Shown in pieces: positions 19,801 to 26,588 of a stretch of DNA of 64,000 bases. Position 1 is the first letter of the stretch. The number at the start of each line of letters is the position of its first letter. A program made the translations under genes and the position numbers. The notes below the pieces were generated by a model. That model saw only the letters and a list, made by a program, of their open reading frames with translations, searched no databases and was not told where the DNA came from. Source of the stretch: an uncultured Bacilli bacterium. GTDB lineage: Bacteria; Bacillota_I; Bacilli_A; RF39; UBA660. The stretch is from positions 10,195 to 74,194 of the forward strand of contig CANRGA010000001.1 of assembly GCA_947630055.1 (NCBI GenBank). Reading direction: 5' to 3'.

Positions 19801-21174
19801 CATAAGAACTTTAATGAAGTAACTGGTCGTTGGCAAACAAGTGATGGTAATGCTGCTGTTGCTTGGGGAGATCGTATTGACTGGAGTGCAGAAGGTTTAA
19901 TGGATGGTAATATTGATCCAGATTTAGTTAGTGTTTTAAATAAACAAATTCAAGAATATACTTATCATACCTTTACGCATGAAACAGCCCATAATATTGA
20001 TGCTAGACTATTCTTAAAAAATAATGGTAGAAGATTTGATGCTGGAGGAGAAGATTATGCTGATAGTAATCTAATGCAATCTTTTGGACCAAATGATATA
20101 GTTATGAATTTATCAACTTATCGTAATGGTGAAAAAATTGCTTCAAATTATACTCCAGATCGAATTAACTCACCAGAAAAAATTCAAAGTTACTATGATA
20201 AAGTATTCCAAACTATCTATGTAATGGATTATATTGAAGCAGAGGCTTTCTTACAACTTCCTAAAGAAGTTCAAGCAAATTTAGCAGTTCAAGTATCTTA
20301 TCCAAATGAAAATTTACAATTTGAAACTTTAGAAGATGGTAAAACTTTCACTGGACCAACTTATAAAGAAGATCCTTATGCTATTTTTAGAGCCCGTCAA
20401 ACATCAAGATTTACTCAATTAAGTGAAATACCAGATGTATTTAATCAAATGAAACTTACATCAATTAATGATTTAATTGATAATCATATTATGATTTATC
20501 CGGGTATTTATAAAGTAGGATCTAGAGGGTCTAACTCTTATGGCGGTGAAGGCATTGGTCATGTTCACTGGTATCAACCATGGAATCCAGAAGGAAGACC
20601 TGATTCATACGCAATTAAATGGATTGCTTATGAAATGCTTGGTTTAAAAGGATATGATGAAGGTTATATTGAGTATTATAGTAATATAAATTCAACACCA
20701 AGAGAAATTTATAAAAACTTATCTAAGCCTAAAGAAGGTAAATCAACCGTTAATTATAAAACTGATTCTATGGCATTAAGTAGAATAACTGAAGGTAGAT
20801 TTGATGATTTTGATAAGTATAAGAAATATCGTTTTGCAGAAACTAAAGCAAAATTAGATAAACTTAATGCCAAAGTTAATGTAAAACAATATGTTCAAAA
20901 ATTATATGATGCTTTACTTGAAGATAATGAATATTCTAAAACAAGATTAGAATCATTACTTCAAGCATATAAAACTGATGAAAAAGGTTGCTTAGGTAGT
21001 TATTGGTGTGCCAGAGGAATATCTGGTGAAGTTAGAGGTTTCTTAAAAAGTACTGCTGTAAGACAAGAAATATATTATACTTTAAAAGATTTAACAAATG
21101 ATTTTGAAGGTGAAATATTTGAAAAAACTACTCAACAAAATGTCAGCGATTTAACTGTTAATAAAGGTGAATAA
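13801..21174 (+). CDS. Giant surface Zn-metalloprotease, ZmpA/B/C (peptidase M26)-like, with cohesin-like and dockerin-like modules
   Basis: Signal peptide MKYAKYKYIFMLFLVIIFLPFKVMA, with RBS GAAGGGG 9 nt upstream. Cohesin-like N-domain and two TM helices. EF-hand dockerin-like DVNNDGVKDYND / DVNNDGKIDIND. Multiple Ig-like repeats. GLUG-type motifs (GGFIGQAYN.., IGGIIGEVS). HExxH site HTFTHETAHNID. Confidence 0.75.
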   Translation: MKYAKYKYIFMLFLVIIFLPFKVMAKNINLDIDKYDLTIGDEITVSVSLPDEIKAYAVMATFTYDENVFTKIDIDDFSILNKNLNISYNDNTKKFGLINETGKLDNELFQVHLKVKENANVGDTNIALTNIVVSDGTKKEEYNKTIKTILVTRDAKPGEEIPINKSNKVEESKEIETKVFTSKPFMITLGISAIVILGLVIYITLFKKDKKTLKNILVGCATILTISFVVIYIFNINKRDVNNDGVKDYNDAKEILKYLLDITGTEEIDNNKNTSNKKPSINPNNKYDVNNDGKIDINDVGNNTENVTENTKVILKEKNDNKDFYVKKGDITLKFTAEITPKNVTITKVKINNKYYDVINNNGEYSVTIESNKAGKYEFAITSVILSNGKEINVKLKFVREVLKVTPYVNKFNLNDEKGSLSFELVDPEDAFISGEVTVYDGEKVIVKENVKSTTKINDIPIDEDKIYRLEVMGEYDLDSNKNDDNNHFTNQTMFNHSFMIGGDYNFTLTDVGITDAIKKGEKPVISFKSTNTKGVTVENASLTIGNKTNNYVISKIDGDNYEVILEDADTSVGKHKVNLDSVRLKSLKTFNNKKDYDANTLTYTVLKDSPKVTSLNVEEDSENKSIIAKFSINDESSAISSLKVVLVDSTGAVIASQILTREEYLEKGEVSLSYDGSTDGNYKVKILADYALSDQYNYTDKPIGEEAITVNTGVYIEAIEYVETKQNNRVIDSGKFASKGQKMYRMNFIVHTKGIRSYSRLSSITINGLNYIANGGASAIENAEGEYRYTSTVAITVPKEAGIMTITANRVQLEVNSYNYKVNQFYHVPDVSKEYEVLKDIPSIANLKIQKEDYEAKEVTFNFDVIDKEDSFISGKLELNGKSEEINKGNNTVTFTGIETDKVHDLIFKADYKLSTGEIEDPINQTEKSNAEIYKVKYGLYKEDTYNDIKISEITPVSEKNNKYFEKNEDIKLNLIIVGIPEYLNVYPERVIINDKEYDSKALMTCHEVTLKGYTSSGEKELKVSAIILNNGKVITLDKEVTIEVLKDIPKITDYKYSINDNSIKITLANKDSDSSLDGDLQVKVTDDTGKELYNSKYQETIEFKKNKDALRYYISVIGSYDRDIDKQEDSENYNKDIKLLDETISLDKNNIELKDITYITLYKEENDKILEIREITKEELEQNIEKYFVEVNMENMPSVYAKLKKVTIEDNHLMLILDYEYVTKEESKSKEIKVDYGAIINGKAKNETNPLNEFNILKERIKNNEHIILTHDYDLKDIEVTTSYYFENFSGSIDGNGHKITNLSKQLFNELSNAEIKNLIVENANISGAVRGILADKGTDVVINNVHLYNGNIKANLVTNGTGIMFGETRNSIEISNSSIVNSSVSGGKRTGGFIGQAYNKTTITNSYINDSSVTGNNDAIGGIIGEVSSANNVSMTNCYSKVTMDGGAGNAKAGILGYTNSSGATKLINSLSMSQGNSGTRVYGNGISATNVYELKESTMRSQAGGQIKEITGNDINKEFFINSLNWDEEVWNLDNVSADVPPILKGEKFEPVKSPIEAEDGYDPNKRILYNNLMKLMPFYDSEKIVRTGMHITDNNLLNKEIQHIVPIDNKGSIVTYLTSDNLKKISKIKVVYKTKEKVTYDVKFDNTYDMVASYRIPDLNIDYTYNHYIIDANSQVVNNITNYLKDLSYTNNLDTLTATKDSRILRDFYNDVTSKELKEFTLKYLSNSNYTNTTNNDSINSHLESEIKKDKKIEKVLYMYNYFRRFYDVEIDGMKLYDFMLFNMNGFDESLTSQMIARIYLQDGNNFNTGSTGTKYRDLLGGYTKLNTIAKFIEYMVTEFSNDNMNDWVRKEFAGYLVEIPVKGHEKDIQYTLWDHFSNEDAVYNNPHRAYDMMLPILTLPKNAAYIISTPVQFIIGAQRSYIEDPEDPTSQSIFQRRVKSYAKRMETYFDTAYKILGDAKYFNDIHTFQLDKRFAYDENGAMVYQQAYVTEEPFHKNFNEVTGRWQTSDGNAAVAWGDRIDWSAEGLMDGNIDPDLVSVLNKQIQEYTYHTFTHETAHNIDARLFLKNNGRRFDAGGEDYADSNLMQSFGPNDIVMNLSTYRNGEKIASNYTPDRINSPEKIQSYYDKVFQTIYVMDYIEAEAFLQLPKEVQANLAVQVSYPNENLQFETLEDGKTFTGPTYKEDPYAIFRARQTSRFTQLSEIPDVFNQMKLTSINDLIDNHIMIYPGIYKVGSRGSNSYGGEGIGHVHWYQPWNPEGRPDSYAIKWIAYEMLGLKGYDEGYIEYYSNINSTPREIYKNLSKPKEGKSTVNYKTDSMALSRITEGRFDDFDKYKKYRFAETKAKLDKLNAKVNVKQYVQKLYDALLEDNEYSKTRLESLLQAYKTDEKGCLGSYWCARGISGEVRGFLKSTAVRQEIYYTLKDLTNDFEGEIFEKTTQQNVSDLTVNKGE

Positions 21175-21353
21175 GTAAAATTATTCATCTTTTTTATGAG
21201 AAAATATATTAACCTGTGTGAATATTTTATGAAATTTTTCAAAATAAAAAGGAAATTAGCCTATGAGTGACGAATAATATATATGAAAGGAGAAAAAAAT
21301 ATATGAAAAATTATAATTAAATTGTAAAAAGATATGGAACAAATTAATTAAAA

Positions 21354-22313
21354 ATGAAAGGCAAAATTATGACAGAAGAAAAAATATACAACGAAATAGT
21401 TGAGTTAATTGAAGAAAGAGAAGTAAAAAAGTTTGTTAGAGAATTTAAAGAAAATTCAGAAACATTAAAAACTAATTGGGAGATAGGTAGATTACTAGTT
21501 AATGCTCAAGGTGGAGAAGCTAGAGCAAAATATGGTGAAAATCTAATTAAGAAATGGGGCGAAAAATTATCTTTAGAATATGGTAAGAATTATAATAAAA
21601 GAAATCTTATGTATTATAGACAATTTTACTTAACATTTCAAAATGTGAACACAGTGTGTTCACAATTTAGTTGGTCAATATGTAGATGCTTATTATCAAT
21701 AAAAAATGAGAATGAGAGAAACTATTATATAAATCAAGTAATACTTAATAATTTATCTGTTAGAGAGTTAAGAAATGAAATAAAAAGTAAAGCCTTTGAT
21801 AGATTATCTTATGCAGATAAAAATAACATTAAGTTAATAACAGAGAATAATAATTCAATAACATTAAGTGATATGATAAAAGATCCGATAATTATTAAAA
21901 CTGATAAAGATACAACTAATTTAACTGAACAAAAATTACATGAAATATTAATTGAGTTAGTTGAAAATCATTATATGGAATTAGGAGCAGGTTTTGCTTT
22001 AATAGGTCATGAATATAAATGCAAAATAGATAATAGAACTTATAAAATAGATTTATTATTCTTTAATTATAAAATAAATGCCTTTGTTGTAGTAGAAGTG
22101 AAGATAAAAGAATATAATCCAAAAGATAGAGGGCAAATAGAATTATATATGGATTATGTTGATAAAAATATAAAAGAAAATTATCATAATAAAACAGAAG
22201 GTATATTAGTAGTTAGAGAAAAGAATAAACTAGTTACTAAATATATTTCTAATAATAATTTATATATTACTACTTATTTATTAGAAAATAAAAAAGTACA
22301 AAATGGCAAATAA
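21354..22313 (+). CDS. DUF1016/YhcG-family PDDEXK nuclease-like protein (copy D, intact)
   Basis: Full-length paralog of copy A: GRLLVNAQGGEARAKYGENLIKKWGEKLSLEYGKNY ... IDLLFFNYKINAFVVVEVKIKE. Confidence 0.8.
   Translation: MKGKIMTEEKIYNEIVELIEEREVKKFVREFKENSETLKTNWEIGRLLVNAQGGEARAKYGENLIKKWGEKLSLEYGKNYNKRNLMYYRQFYLTFQNVNTVCSQFSWSICRCLLSIKNENERNYYINQVILNNLSVRELRNEIKSKAFDRLSYADKNNIKLITENNNSITLSDMIKDPIIIKTDKDTTNLTEQKLHEILIELVENHYMELGAGFALIGHEYKCKIDNRTYKIDLLFFNYKINAFVVVEVKIKEYNPKDRGQIELYMDYVDKNIKENYHNKTEGILVVREKNKLVTKYISNNNLYITTYLLENKKVQNGK
21640..21668. repeat. Palindrome inside DUF1016 copy D
   Basis: aaaatgtgaacaca-g-tgtgttcacaattt. The 10-bp core arms are perfect; there is one mismatch in the outer arms. 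Encodes NVNTVCSQF. Confidence 0.9.
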
Positions 22314-22336
22314 TAGTAAAATAATAATATTATTTC

Positions 22337-22365
22337 TTGACATAATATATTTAATTAGATAAAAT
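22337..22365 (+). promoter_or_regulatory. Promoter at the head of the T4SS module
   Basis: TTGACA, 17-nt spacer, TAAAAT. Confidence 0.55.
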
Positions 22366-22397
22366 TTAATTAAGTAAAGGAAAGAAGGTATATATTT

Positions 22398-22763
22398 ATG
22401 TTATTAGGAGCTACATTTTGTACTGATACTGCAAATATATGGCATTTAGTTGGTATGGTAGTTTATATTTTAAAAATTGTTATTCCACTTGTATTAATCA
22501 TTTTAGGTATGCTTGATTTAGGGAAAGCTGTTGTTTCAAGTGATGAAAAAGCTATTAATAAAGCAGTTGGTACATTAATAAAAAGATTTATTGCAGCAGT
22601 TGTAGTATTCTTTGTTCCTACTATAATTAATGGAATTTTTGGAGTAATTGGTGTAATTGGTGGAAGTTCAAAAGATGATTACCAAGTATGCGTTAGATGT
22701 GTTACTCAAACTTGTGAAGCAGAAGCAGAAGCAGCAAGACAAAGCATCGGCTTTACTCAATAA
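22398..22763 (+). CDS. VirB2/TrbC-like two-TM protein (core-only paralog P1)
   Basis: Contains ..IVIPLVLIILGMLDLGKAVVSSDEKAINKAVGTLIKRFIAAVVVFFVP.., a module shared with the C-termini of the ORFs at 22873, 24153 and 25714. C-terminal Cys cluster. Confidence 0.45.
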   Translation: MLLGATFCTDTANIWHLVGMVVYILKIVIPLVLIILGMLDLGKAVVSSDEKAINKAVGTLIKRFIAAVVVFFVPTIINGIFGVIGVIGGSSKDDYQVCVRCVTQTCEAEAEAARQSIGFTQ

Positions 22764-22847
22764 TTTTTAGTAATTAATGTGTATAGAAAATAGTGTCAAC
22801 AAAGTTAACACTATTTTTTTGTTTTAATTTAATATTTACAATAACCA

Positions 22848-22856
22848 TGTTATAAT
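22848..22856 (+). promoter_or_regulatory. Extended -10 element (TGtTATAAT) upstream of P2
   Basis: The aataaccatgNtataatttag block is duplicated at 24121-24140. Confidence 0.4.
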
Positions 22857-22872
22857 TTAGGTGGGTGAGTCT

Positions 22873-23970
22873 ATGAAAAAAAATAAAGCAATAGCTATAT
22901 TTTGTTTGTTATTTATGATTTTAATAGTTTTTGCAATATGCTCATCTGTATATTTAAGTAAAAGAGAAAATAATAAAGATATAATCATTTTAGCAGCAAA
23001 TAAAAATTATGGTTTAACTAAGGAACAAGTAGAACAAGAATTAAATAAAATGAAATCTACTCCAACTTATGATGAATTAGTATCATTAGCTAAAAGAAAA
23101 TATGGAATGAGTGAAGATGTTTTTCAAGTGGTTTTTGGTTGGGCAATTGGTGAAGGCTATGATAGTCATGATCATTATCTAGGTTACTTATGCGATAATG
23201 TTGGAATTAATCATTATATGGGGTATGGAAAAACTACTGCTAGTTCCTTAGCTGCATCAATAGCCGGAAGAGATAGTAGTGGCTATTATTCAACAAGTAG
23301 GATGCAAGGAAGATCTATTTCTGCTAAAAATAATCCTGGAAGCTATGTAGCAGCTTATAAAGGAATGTATTTAGCTTTGAAATATCCTGAAGAGAATGCA
23401 CATGATTGTGATGGTGTATCAAACTATAGTGGATATGGAGGTCAAAAAATTTATTCAGCAGTAGTTGGAAGATATACAATAAATGTATGGTCTGTTTGGT
23501 ATGATGGCATAAAGCATTGGAACTCTGATGGTAAATATTCTGATAGTAAAGGTGGAATAAAAGGTGCCAAAAAAGAAGAAGTGCTTGTAACATTAAAAGA
23601 CAAAGATCCACGTATAGATTATGCTGATTTATGTAAATCAAAAGGTTTTAGAATGGGTTCTAAAATAGCAGGTATAGTTATATTGGTAGTAAAATGGTTA
23701 ACGCCAATGATATTAATAATACTTGGGATGACAGATTTTACTAAAGCAATGGTTTCAAATGAACAAGATTCATTAGGAAAGGCGACAAAAACATTTATAA
23801 TAAGAATGATGATTGCAATAATGCTACCATTTATTCCAGGACTTATGTATTATTTAGTTGATTATTTTATTGGCGATTTAAAGGATGAAGCCGGGGAACT
23901 TGTATCATGTACTGAATGTCTTAAAGATCCTTTTAGTTGTGTAGTTGAATTGTATGACAATAATAATTAA
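22873..23970 (+). CDS. VirB2-like module fused to a ~270-aa secreted N-terminal domain (P2)
   Basis: Signal anchor MKKNKAIAIFCLLFMILIVF. C-terminus KIAGIVILVVKWLTPMILIILGMTDFTKAMVSNEQDSLGKATKTFIIRMMIAIMLPFIPG...SCTECLKDPFSC. Confidence 0.5.
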   Translation: MKKNKAIAIFCLLFMILIVFAICSSVYLSKRENNKDIIILAANKNYGLTKEQVEQELNKMKSTPTYDELVSLAKRKYGMSEDVFQVVFGWAIGEGYDSHDHYLGYLCDNVGINHYMGYGKTTASSLAASIAGRDSSGYYSTSRMQGRSISAKNNPGSYVAAYKGMYLALKYPEENAHDCDGVSNYSGYGGQKIYSAVVGRYTINVWSVWYDGIKHWNSDGKYSDSKGGIKGAKKEEVLVTLKDKDPRIDYADLCKSKGFRMGSKIAGIVILVVKWLTPMILIILGMTDFTKAMVSNEQDSLGKATKTFIIRMMIAIMLPFIPGLMYYLVDYFIGDLKDEAGELVSCTECLKDPFSCVVELYDNNN

Positions 23971-23989
23971 AAAAGTTTGAGGTGATAAA

Positions 23990-24070
23990 ATGGAAAAAAA
24001 TAAAGCGATAGCTATATTTTGTTTATTATTTATTATATTAACTATTTTTGCAACAATTTCTATTATATAA
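23990..24070 (+). pseudogene. 26-codon remnant duplicating the signal-anchor of P2
   Basis: MEKNKAIAIFCLLFIILTIFATISII* compared with MKKNKAIAIFCLLFMILIVFAICSS; has its own GAGGTG RBS. Confidence 0.6.
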
Positions 24071-24127
24071 TAAGTGTTAAATGCCTTTACAGTTTTATTT
24101 AATTTGTTTTATTATTTAAAATAACCA

Positions 24128-24136
24128 TGATATAAT
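24128..24136 (+). promoter_or_regulatory. Extended -10 element (TGaTATAAT) upstream of P3
   Basis: Duplicate of the block upstream of P2. Confidence 0.4.
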
Positions 24137-24152
24137 TTAGTTAGGTGTTAAT

Positions 24153-24875
24153 ATGAAAAAAAATTGGAAATTATTAGTATTTTGTTTGATTATTATGTTT
24201 TTTATTAATTGTAATATTGCTATTGCGGATTCATCTTGTGATAAATATGCCACACATAATGAAGAAATATGTAATTATGAATCATCAACTTCAGGAGAAG
24301 CAGTATGTAGATGTCTTTATGATTTGAATAAAACTAATGAAACTACTTGTGATAGAGGCTATACAAATAATGTATTAAACATATGTGAGGCTTCATTTCC
24401 AACAACATATGATTTTTCAAAAACGCCGGTAGAAAATAATCCATCTAATACAAATAATACTGAGAGCGATGATACTATTAAAGGATCTAGTGATAGTGCT
24501 GGAAATCCTACAATAGGCGATAGTGGTCCAAGATTGGAATATAATAATTTATGTGAATCAGAAGGATTTAAAACAGGATCTAAAATAGCAGGTATAGTTA
24601 TATTGGTAGCAAAATGGTTAACACCACTTGCATTAATGATATTAGGAATGATAGATTTTTTCAAGGCAGTTATATCGAGTAATGAAAAAGCACTAAGTGA
24701 CGCTACGACTACTTTTATAAAAAGAATAGTAATAGCAATTATTGTTCCATTTGTACCTGGTTTGTTATTTTATTTAGTTGATTTTTTTATCGGTGACGAA
24801 ATTGCAGATACTAAAGTTGAATTTGGCTCATGTACGGAATGCTTAAAGGATCCTTTAAATTGTACAATTAAATAA
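24153..24875 (+). CDS. VirB2-like module fused to a ~140-aa Cys-rich secreted N-terminal domain (P3)
   Basis: Signal peptide. C-terminus KIAGIVILVAKWLTPLALMILGMIDFFKAVISSNEKALSDATTTFIKRIVIAIIVPFVPG...SCTECLKDPLNC. Confidence 0.5.
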   Translation: MKKNWKLLVFCLIIMFFINCNIAIADSSCDKYATHNEEICNYESSTSGEAVCRCLYDLNKTNETTCDRGYTNNVLNICEASFPTTYDFSKTPVENNPSNTNNTESDDTIKGSSDSAGNPTIGDSGPRLEYNNLCESEGFKTGSKIAGIVILVAKWLTPLALMILGMIDFFKAVISSNEKALSDATTTFIKRIVIAIIVPFVPGLLFYLVDFFIGDEIADTKVEFGSCTECLKDPLNCTIK

Positions 24876-24890
24876 TAATAGAGTTGTTTA

Positions 24891-25619
24891 ATGAAAAATT
24901 TTTTACTTAATAGTAATGAAAAATATATTATAAAATTATTTGGTTTTTGGCACATATTTTTAATGCTATTTATATTATGTGTAGTTTATTTTATTGTAAA
25001 AAATAAGAGTAAATTAATTAATTTGAATAGTAAAAAAAAGAAAAAAATAAGAATAGTATTTACGATTATTTTGATTTTGAATTTGTTTATAAGAAGAGGA
25101 GCATTTTTAATTTACAATGTATATGATTTCCACTTTCATTTAGATATAAATATTTGTAATTTTTTAAATATTATTTATATTATATATGGTTTAACGGGAA
25201 ATTCAAAAATATATCCTATTTGTTTTTATTTGAGTTTTGTTGGACCTTTTATAGCTATTCTATTTCCCTGTATTAATTTTAGTGTTTTAAATTATTCATT
25301 TTATTCATTTTTAATTACTCATCATTTTGTTTTTATTTTTAATTTCATTTTTCTTTGTTTTGAAAATTACAAATATATTAGCAAAGATTTTAAAAACATA
25401 TTTCTATTTTTAACAATCTATTTTTTTATTGTTTATTGTTTTAATTATATTTTTAATACTTCATATTTATTACCATTTGAATTTGTCAACAATGATTTAT
25501 TAACAAATGGATTTATTAATTATATATATCATTCTAGAATATTAATTTATTTCATATATTTTTCATTTATTTTTAGTTTATTATTTTTAAGTAGATCAAT
25601 TTTAAAAAAAATAAATTAA
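24891..25619 (+). CDS. Polytopic membrane protein (YwaF/TIGR02206-like?)
   Basis: About 7 predicted TM helices and very Phe/Ile/Leu/Asn-rich. The N-terminal FGFWHIFLMLF resembles the F..H start of the YwaF family. Weak call. Confidence 0.3.
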   Translation: MKNFLLNSNEKYIIKLFGFWHIFLMLFILCVVYFIVKNKSKLINLNSKKKKKIRIVFTIILILNLFIRRGAFLIYNVYDFHFHLDINICNFLNIIYIIYGLTGNSKIYPICFYLSFVGPFIAILFPCINFSVLNYSFYSFLITHHFVFIFNFIFLCFENYKYISKDFKNIFLFLTIYFFIVYCFNYIFNTSYLLPFEFVNNDLLTNGFINYIYHSRILIYFIYFSFIFSLLFLSRSILKKIN

Positions 25620-25713
25620 TAATATATAAATTATGTAATAAAAATTAGTAGTATTTTCAAAAAATATATGCTAAAATAAAAATATAAATAATAAAGATGT
25701 TAGGAAGATTTCT

Positions 25714-26574
25714 ATGAAAAAAACAGTTAAGTTTATATTTTTATTTGTTTTAATTTATATATTTCCTTTTGTTGTTGTAAATGCAGGCGGAAAAAGTGAT
25801 GATAGTATTAATAATAATGCTAATGTTTCAAGTAATGAACCAGCAAAACCTTTAACATGTGTATATGGCCCCTCAGGAAAAACATATTATAGATTAATTC
25901 AAACAGCAGATGGACAAATAAATTTACAAATGTCGCATGTTGATAATATTAATTATACAGATATGTCTTCACAAAATTGGGGTGGAGATAGAACAACTGC
26001 AAGTAGCCAAACAATTTTAAAGAAAACTAAAAATTTTGAACAAACTTCAAAATATGTTAATGGTCATTTAACAGGATGTCCAGAATATTTACTTGATTAT
26101 GGTTGTGATAAACATCCTGTTAAGTGTGTTAATGTGTATTTTACTGATGAAAAAGAAGGAAATGATAGAGCAAATTCATATGATTTGATTTCGTATTTGC
26201 CAAAAGTTTTTGAAACTGAGAGTGTTCCAAACTATTTTAATGATCCAAGTTCTTCATATGAAGGATTAGAACCAATAACTGAATGTACTGCATTGTTAGG
26301 TGATCCTGGTACAGATGGAACTCCAGCATTTTATTTAGTAAAAGCTTTTCATGTGATAAAATATGTTGCGTTAGTATTATTAATTGTCTTATCAGTTATA
26401 GATTTTACAAGTGCGACAGCAAAACAAGATAAAGATGCAATGGCAAAATTGTTAAAAAAAATTATGATGAGATTCATTTTATGTATAATAATATTCTTAT
26501 TGCCATATTTAGTTAAATTATTGTTAAAATATTTGGTTTCTAGGCAAACTGATTTATGCAAAGGCAATTGGTAA
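25714..26574 (+). CDS. VirB2-like module fused to a ~190-aa secreted N-terminal domain (P4)
   Basis: Signal peptide MKKTVKFIFLFVLIYIFPFVVVNA. C-terminus VALVLLIVLSVIDFTSATAKQDKDAMAKLLKKIMMRFILCIIIFLLP. Own TGcTAAAAT extended -10 at 25669-25677. Confidence 0.45.
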   Translation: MKKTVKFIFLFVLIYIFPFVVVNAGGKSDDSINNNANVSSNEPAKPLTCVYGPSGKTYYRLIQTADGQINLQMSHVDNINYTDMSSQNWGGDRTTASSQTILKKTKNFEQTSKYVNGHLTGCPEYLLDYGCDKHPVKCVNVYFTDEKEGNDRANSYDLISYLPKVFETESVPNYFNDPSSSYEGLEPITECTALLGDPGTDGTPAFYLVKAFHVIKYVALVLLIVLSVIDFTSATAKQDKDAMAKLLKKIMMRFILCIIIFLLPYLVKLLLKYLVSRQTDLCKGNW

Positions 26575-26588
26575 GGTGAGAGGTTTAA

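Noticed and set aside
24891-25619. Polytopic membrane ORF inside the T4SS module considered as the missing prepilin peptidase
   Set aside because: It has no paired catalytic Asp or GxGD-type motif, and its N-terminus looks more like YwaF/TIGR02206 membrane proteins.
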